Origin: Anaerolineales bacterium
Lineage (GTDB): Bacteria; Chloroflexota; Anaerolineae; Anaerolineales; UBA11858
Length of the DNA: 64,000 nucleotides
NCBI GenBank assembly: GCA_050049875.1
Contig: JASFVL010000001.1
Coordinates: forward strand, 987-64,986
Direction of reading: 5' to 3'
The notes beneath the pieces are model-generated. The model worked only from the letters and a program-made list of their open reading frames with translations, was not told where the DNA came from and ran no database searches. Positions 59,204-64,000 of the stretch are shown here, piece after piece (the stretch's first letter is position 1; each line of letters starts with the position of its first letter). Both the position numbers and the translations under genes were made by a program.

Positions 59204-60118
59204 TCAAGCTCCCAGATAAGAAAGTAGGGGTGTGAGGGTTATGGGACTGAGAATAGTACTAAGAAATACAGTAGTAGTTACAAACCCAGGTTCTACATCA
59301 TATTCGGTAGCCAGTACAGTGGACATCACAGCAGTTGGCATAGCAGCTTCAATCACACCAGCCTGTTGAGCGACTCCTTGCAAGTCAAGTAAAACGCTTA
59401 ATCCCAAGGCTAATAAGGGTGCTACCAATAATCGCATGGATAATGCGAGAGATAAAGCTTTAATATGCTTGATACGATCGCGATGATGTAGCTGCAATCC
59501 AAGAACTACCAATAAGGCTGGTATAGCAGCATTCGCCATTAAATTGGTTGTTCTTTCTAGCGGAGTGGGAAGCTTCCAGCCAAATATTATAAAGCCAAAC
59601 GCTAATGCCACTGCGTAAATCGCAGGTATTTTCAACAAGCCAATAAACGCTTGCTGAAGATTAGTTGTCCCCATTGAAGCGATGGTTACACCCAAAGTGT
59701 AAGTTAGAATAGCCGAGGTCACAAAAAAAATGCTGGCATGTGACAATCCCAACTCTCCAAAAGCGAAAAAACTAAGGGATAGTCCGAAATTACCAGCATT
59801 CACAAGCATTGTTGTTAGAAGGACAGCAACTAATAATCTTCGTTCTAATTTTATAATCTCTGCTATTACCCAGCTTAAACTACCGATAATGATTATATTT
59901 AAGGTTGCAAACCCCATCATGCGAATAAAATCACCATCGCTTAGATGATTGGTCGTAAGTAGATCAAACAATAAGAATGGGGCAAATACGTAGAAGACGA
60001 CTTTGGAGAGAGGTTCCGGTTGAACCTTGAGCCATTTGCCCAGAAGGTAACCCAAGCCCGCGATTAGAAAAATCGGAAAGAGGTTTTCTAAGAATAACTT
60101 AAAAAGATCACCGATCAA
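59204..60118 (-). CDS. AEC (auxin efflux carrier) family transporter
   Basis: About 10 TM segments, with N- and C-terminal halves typical of the AEC family. Confidence 0.8.
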   Translation of the reverse strand: MIGDLFKLFLENLFPIFLIAGLGYLLGKWLKVQPEPLSKVVFYVFAPFLLFDLLTTNHLSDGDFIRMMGFATLNIIIIGSLSWVIAEIIKLERRLLVAVLLTTMLVNAGNFGLSLSFFAFGELGLSHASIFFVTSAILTYTLGVTIASMGTTNLQQAFIGLLKIPAIYAVALAFGFIIFGWKLPTPLERTTNLMANAAIPALLVVLGLQLHHRDRIKHIKALSLALSMRLLVAPLLALGLSVLLDLQGVAQQAGVIEAAMPTAVMSTVLATEYDVEPGFVTTTVFLSTILSPITLTPLLSYLGA

Positions 60119-60141
60119 GGCGATTAAACTAACCTCTTATC

Positions 60142-61182
60142 TTAATCAGACAGGTTGGTATATTTCGAATTGTCCTCAGAGTGGATTTCGTTTATCCACT
60201 CTTCGACATCCTGATCTTCTGGATAATCCAATATTCCGTAGAGAGGTAAGCCTTGAGTAAAAGCCAGATTATCCAAAGCTGCTTCTAAATGCTCAATTTC
60301 CTCCTCATTTTTGGATCGGAACAATATTATTTCTAGCGCTTCTTCAATTCCCGGCCCACCGATTTGGGAGAGTGACCAAATCGATGCTATATGCACATTC
60401 CAATCATCATCCTCTAGATATTCGATTAATATGGGCACAGCATCAGATAATTCTAACTCGCCTGCTGCCTTAACTGCTTCGTGCCGGATTGCTTCATTTT
60501 CGCTTTCCAACATCTCAAGAACTTTATCATTCCAATTTTTATTATATGAACGCCCCATAGCAAACAGTGCACTGATCATCCAATCAGTTTTTTTGGATAT
60601 GTAGGCTTCTTCAATAAGCGGTGGGATTTCCTTCCTACTCGAGTACCCCAATGCTTCAAGTGCTCTCCTTCGCACCTCAGTATTGTCTGTTCCCTGAACC
60701 ACCTTCAATAAACCATTTTCTATTAGACGAAGGTTATCTTTGGATAATTTGTCGATTTCTCCAAGATATACAAACTGTCCAAGGGCAGATGCTGATACTG
60801 CCCGCACATTAACATCAGGGTCATTCTCAAGCATATCTAGGTAAATGGACCACAGATCCAGTCCTTCATAGATCATTGTCGAACGAACAGCAAAAAAACG
60901 GACTTTTGGGTCATCGTCCGCTAATGCATATCTGCAAATTGATTCAAATGAAAGGAGATTGTTTATCTCTGCAAGATGTTCTAGATCTTCCATCAAGGCT
61001 TGGCGTCTCAATAAAGAGATTTTTGGCCAGGTTTTTTTGAGTTGTTCTAGCTCATCGCCTTCTAAGTCCGATAGACGGTATAAATATCGTGGATTGAGTA
61101 TAGTCTCATCATCTTGGAGAGCGTTGAGCAATTCTCCAAAGGGGATTTCTTTGATTTCGGAAGGCGTTGTTCTATTTGTCAT
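60142..61182 (-). CDS. HEAT-repeat (PBS-lyase-like) protein
   Basis: Repeated D..VR..A..ALG units (DPKVRFFAV, DVNVRAVSASALG, EVRRRALEALG, AIRHEAVKAAG). Confidence 0.75.
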   Translation of the reverse strand: MTNRTTPSEIKEIPFGELLNALQDDETILNPRYLYRLSDLEGDELEQLKKTWPKISLLRRQALMEDLEHLAEINNLLSFESICRYALADDDPKVRFFAVRSTMIYEGLDLWSIYLDMLENDPDVNVRAVSASALGQFVYLGEIDKLSKDNLRLIENGLLKVVQGTDNTEVRRRALEALGYSSRKEIPPLIEEAYISKKTDWMISALFAMGRSYNKNWNDKVLEMLESENEAIRHEAVKAAGELELSDAVPILIEYLEDDDWNVHIASIWSLSQIGGPGIEEALEIILFRSKNEEEIEHLEAALDNLAFTQGLPLYGILDYPEDQDVEEWINEIHSEDNSKYTNLSD

Positions 61183-62243
61183 GGTAATTGAACTGGATTA
61201 GTGAAATCCAATAGGTTTATATAAAGGAAAAGAAGAATTAGGGCAGTAAAGCTGATCAGGTTGATCCAATTCTCAAGTTCGGGAGGTATTCGGCGTCGTA
61301 GAATGATTTCTGGTAATGTAAATACGATGCGGCCTCCATCCAGTGCAGGAATCGGAAGCAGATTTAAGATGGCGAGAGAGATGGTAATCATATTAACAAA
61401 GCCAAGTACTCGCAAATTGGCTGGGACATCAGAAAGCAGATCTCCCTCGCGAACCTCTTGATAGATATCGTACATACCTTTATATCCTACAGGTCTAGCC
61501 ACTTCAGGAGAAACATTCCCTTGAATGATTTGCGCAGGCAGTGTGAGTAAAGCCATTCCATGATTGTAAGTTGCTGTTGCTCCCAAAGGTATAGCTTCAA
61601 TCCATTTGACCGGCATCGTGGGGTTCCCCATTAAGATGCCGATAGCGCCTTCTCCCTCCGGTGGATTTTCCCTCGGTATTAATAATACTTCGACTGTGTT
61701 CCCATCCCTTAGATAGGTAATGGAGATCTCATCACCTAAATGATCGTAAATAGTATTATGAAGTTTTAGGCTGTCATCTATTTCCACTCCATTGACTTCG
61801 ATGATTATGTCATCTTCTTGCAATCCTGCCATAGCAGCAGGGGAGTTGGATGCGACATCTAAAACCTGAACCCGAGTCGGGTCCGGAGCCCCAATTTGAC
61901 TGAACATCGTTGTGTAGATTAAGACGCCAACCAACAAGTTCATGAGAGGACCAGAGGCATAGACAACTAATCTAACCCAGGGGTTGGCAGCTGCTAATCC
62001 TCCTGGAACATCGGCATCATTTTCACCTTTTGGCCGTACGAAACCACCGAAGGGGAGCCAATTTAGAGTGTATTTTGTCCCTCCAGCTTCAAAAATCGTC
62101 AGCATTCGAGGGGGAAACCCTATTCCAAATTCTTCAACCTCAATTTTAAACAGTCTGGCAGCCATAAAATGGCCTAATTCGTGTATCAGTATCAAGCCTG
62201 CTAAGACACCAACAAGCTGTAATATTGAACTAAATGTTTCCAT
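61179..62243 (-). CDS. M50 site-2 protease (RseP-like) with PDZ domain
   Basis: HELGHF, a central PDZ domain, and NLLPIPALDGG. Its stop overlaps the next gene's start by 4 nt. Confidence 0.85.
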   Translation of the reverse strand: METFSSILQLVGVLAGLILIHELGHFMAARLFKIEVEEFGIGFPPRMLTIFEAGGTKYTLNWLPFGGFVRPKGENDADVPGGLAAANPWVRLVVYASGPLMNLLVGVLIYTTMFSQIGAPDPTRVQVLDVASNSPAAMAGLQEDDIIIEVNGVEIDDSLKLHNTIYDHLGDEISITYLRDGNTVEVLLIPRENPPEGEGAIGILMGNPTMPVKWIEAIPLGATATYNHGMALLTLPAQIIQGNVSPEVARPVGYKGMYDIYQEVREGDLLSDVPANLRVLGFVNMITISLAILNLLPIPALDGGRIVFTLPEIILRRRIPPELENWINLISFTALILLFLYINLLDFTNPVQLP

Positions 62244-62482
62244 AGTTCACCAGTAATTTCTCCATATCTCCGCGAACATCAAGATTAGATTTAGATTTTC
62301 TCTAATATGCTTAAAACATTGATGGATAAATGTAACTTCAAATTTACTATTATATTTGGTTATCATTATATCCTCTACTGGTTAAGACTACCAGTAAAGT
62401 AATAGTTAAAAATATGGTTCTAACAATGTTTTAACAAAGGTAAATGTCATCCAACTAGAACTATAATCTCCAGCTAACAGGA

Positions 62483-63454
62483 TCATTCGATGATTCGGGC
62501 TTTCCCTCCTGGATAAGATGAAATTATTTTTTTTACATTCGGTATTGAAGAGAGTTTGTTTTTTATTTCAGCTTCGTTCTCATTTGGGCAGATTACATGC
62601 ACATTCGGTCCGGCGTCAATGGTATAGAAGATAGGCATACCATATTGCCTCATAATCCTCACTTTATTGATAATCGTTACCGTAGTAGGTAACCAATAGA
62701 ACAAAGCCGGCGTGCTGGTCATCATCACCGCGTGCATCATAATACAATCGATTTCTGAAATCTTAGCTAGTGCATCGAAGTCATGGTTAAAGATCGCATT
62801 GCGACATATGTTTAGCCTCCGAGGAGTATCCGAAACGCGCATCGATTGGAAGACACTAGTGTCAGCTAATTTATGACCTTCTGTTGAGCCAGTAGATTTA
62901 TGCTCTTCAGCGACAACAACGATTAAATCTGTCAATTCCCAATGATCTGGGGATGCTATAGAGTGGGCATAGGATTCGCTATCGCCCGTCCCAACTTGCC
63001 ACTCAACGAAACCGGATGGGACGGATCGACATGCTGATCCTGATCCCAAACGAGCGATCCTTGATAACTCTATCTCTGACAATCTCAAACCGGCTGCATA
63101 GGTTGAAGCGAGTGTGAGAGCGGCGAAAGCTGACGCTGATGACGCGATACCTGCTCCTATAGGAAAGTTATTTTCACTATAAATCCTAGCGAACAAGTTT
63201 AGACCACTAATTGCGCGGATGTGATTGAGATGTTTTTTTACCCTTCGCAGAATCCTCCCTGTTTTGATCGATCCATTAAGGGAGAACTGGTCCGCATTAA
63301 GTGAACTATCATAAGTCACTTTTGTCCGAGTAAAAAGTCCACCTAAATTCATGGATATTGAACCGTTGCAAGGTAGACGCAAATCATGATCGCGATTTCC
63401 CCAGTATTTTATAAAGGCGATGTTTGGATGGGCGATGGCTGTGGCAGTTTGCAT
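62483..63454 (-). CDS. Diphosphomevalonate decarboxylase family protein (possibly phosphomevalonate decarboxylase)
   Basis: AHPNIAFIKYWGNRD and GHMP motif GAGIASSASAFAAL. Confidence 0.85.
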   Translation of the reverse strand: MQTATAIAHPNIAFIKYWGNRDHDLRLPCNGSISMNLGGLFTRTKVTYDSSLNADQFSLNGSIKTGRILRRVKKHLNHIRAISGLNLFARIYSENNFPIGAGIASSASAFAALTLASTYAAGLRLSEIELSRIARLGSGSACRSVPSGFVEWQVGTGDSESYAHSIASPDHWELTDLIVVVAEEHKSTGSTEGHKLADTSVFQSMRVSDTPRRLNICRNAIFNHDFDALAKISEIDCIMMHAVMMTSTPALFYWLPTTVTIINKVRIMRQYGMPIFYTIDAGPNVHVICPNENEAEIKNKLSSIPNVKKIISSYPGGKARIIE

Positions 63455-63649
63455 GCTGCGAGTTTACCATATAGAATTGTGATTAGTTTGATATTAGAAC
63501 ACATTGTCTTTAAAAAACAAAAAAGATTCGATATATCCTTATCATTTCCTAGAAATACCATTTTTGAGAGACTCGATTTACGAAATCGTGGTGATCAGTG
63601 ATATAAATCTTTACGAGCTTGCGACATACCAGATTAAAAGGAAGTCCTT

Positions 63650-64000
63650 GTGCCCTCGAAAATAACACTTCATGTCAATGGAAGAACCCACCACTTGAAA
63701 GTCAATCCCGAGACACCTCTTCTCTACGTACTGCGTAATGACCTGGGATTGAAAGGTGTCAAATATGGTTGCGGCTCTGAGCAATGCGGAACCTGCAAGG
63801 TGCTGATCGATCGCCATGATGTGCCAACGTGTAAGCTGCCAGTAAAGAATGTGATTGGAGCAGAAATTATCACCATCGAAGGATTGGGAACCCTTGATGA
63901 TCTCCACCCACTGCAGGAAGCATTCGTTGAGGAGCAGGCCATCCAATGTGGTTACTGCACATCGGGTATGATCATCGCGGCTCAAGGACTACTTAACCGT
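63650..64000 (+). CDS. (2Fe-2S)-binding small subunit of a molybdopterin hydroxylase (CoxS/IorA-like), 5' fragment running off the window
   Basis: My own translation from GTG 63650 (after AAAGGAAG) gives VPSKITLHVNG...YGCGSEQCGTCKV...TIEGLG...QCGYCTSGMI. There is no stop through base 64000. It is absent from the ORF track because it has no in-window stop. Confidence 0.8.
   Translation, partial: MPSKITLHVNGRTHHLKVNPETPLLYVLRNDLGLKGVKYGCGSEQCGTCKVLIDRHDVPTCKLPVKNVIGAEIITIEGLGTLDDLHPLQEAFVEEQAIQCGYCTSGMIIAAQGLLNR

Noticed and set aside
63611-63985. 124-aa and 72-aa minus-strand ORFs at the right edge
   Set aside because: They are shadows of the plus-strand 2Fe-2S gene, which has unmistakable Cys motifs.
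1-64000. Mobile elements, prophage, defence islands and CRISPR-Cas
   Set aside because: I recognised no transposase, integrase, recombinase, phage structural, restriction-modification, toxin-antitoxin or Cas-like protein in any frame. I saw no terminal inverted repeats or direct-repeat arrays.

Overview
This window reads as a densely packed core-chromosome segment with about 57 CDS on both strands. GC content is in the low 40s percent by eye. The gene content suggests Chloroflexota (Anaerolineae-like), mainly because a bacterial mevalonate kinase sits next to an isopentenyl phosphate kinase; this taxonomic call is inference only.

Recognisable content, in order:
- End of a dcw cluster (ftsQ fragment, ftsA, ftsZ).
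- nrdR and class II RNR nrdJ, then arfB, an MFS transporter and a deoxynucleoside kinase.
- A multi-TM SpoIIE/PP2C phosphatase.
- A minus-strand UbiA-type prenyltransferase, mevalonate kinase and isopentenyl phosphate kinase operon, preceded by an M29 aminopeptidase.
- A surface-polysaccharide module (bi-domain oxidoreductase, heparinase II/III-like protein, GT4).
- A pentapeptide-repeat protein, a sortase and an AI-2E transporter.
- dnaA divergent from dnaK.
- selA, a squalene/phytoene-synthase-like gene, an M24 peptidase and tsaD.
- prfA-prmC-tsaC.
- A VIT-vWA surface protein, then rho overlapping a LysM-M23 peptidase, polA and a TPR protein.
- A rseP-HEAT-AEC-peptidase-acyP gene string.
- A diphosphomevalonate-decarboxylase-family gene.
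- A 5' fragment of a CoxS/IorA-type 2Fe-2S gene that runs off the right edge and is missing from the ORF track.

I found no rRNA, tRNA, CRISPR array, transposase, integrase or prophage signature.

I do not see a convincing new multi-gene system; most of the window is housekeeping. The best leads are small-scale:
1. A family of C-run/G-run palindromes with an ATAT core, upstream of nrdR and in the dnaA-dnaK spacer.
2. The alternative-mevalonate-pathway gene set, co-transcribed with a DPPR-synthase-like prenyltransferase.
3. A near-consensus promoter plus a C-rich, G-poor leader in front of rho.
4. A 650-bp AT-rich non-coding block with a perfect 16-bp palindrome and tandem AT-rich repeats.
5. 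A sortase locus, and a VIT-vWA protein with a sorting-signal-like tail that lacks LPXTG.

All functional calls come from motif recognition by eye. No database searches were run.
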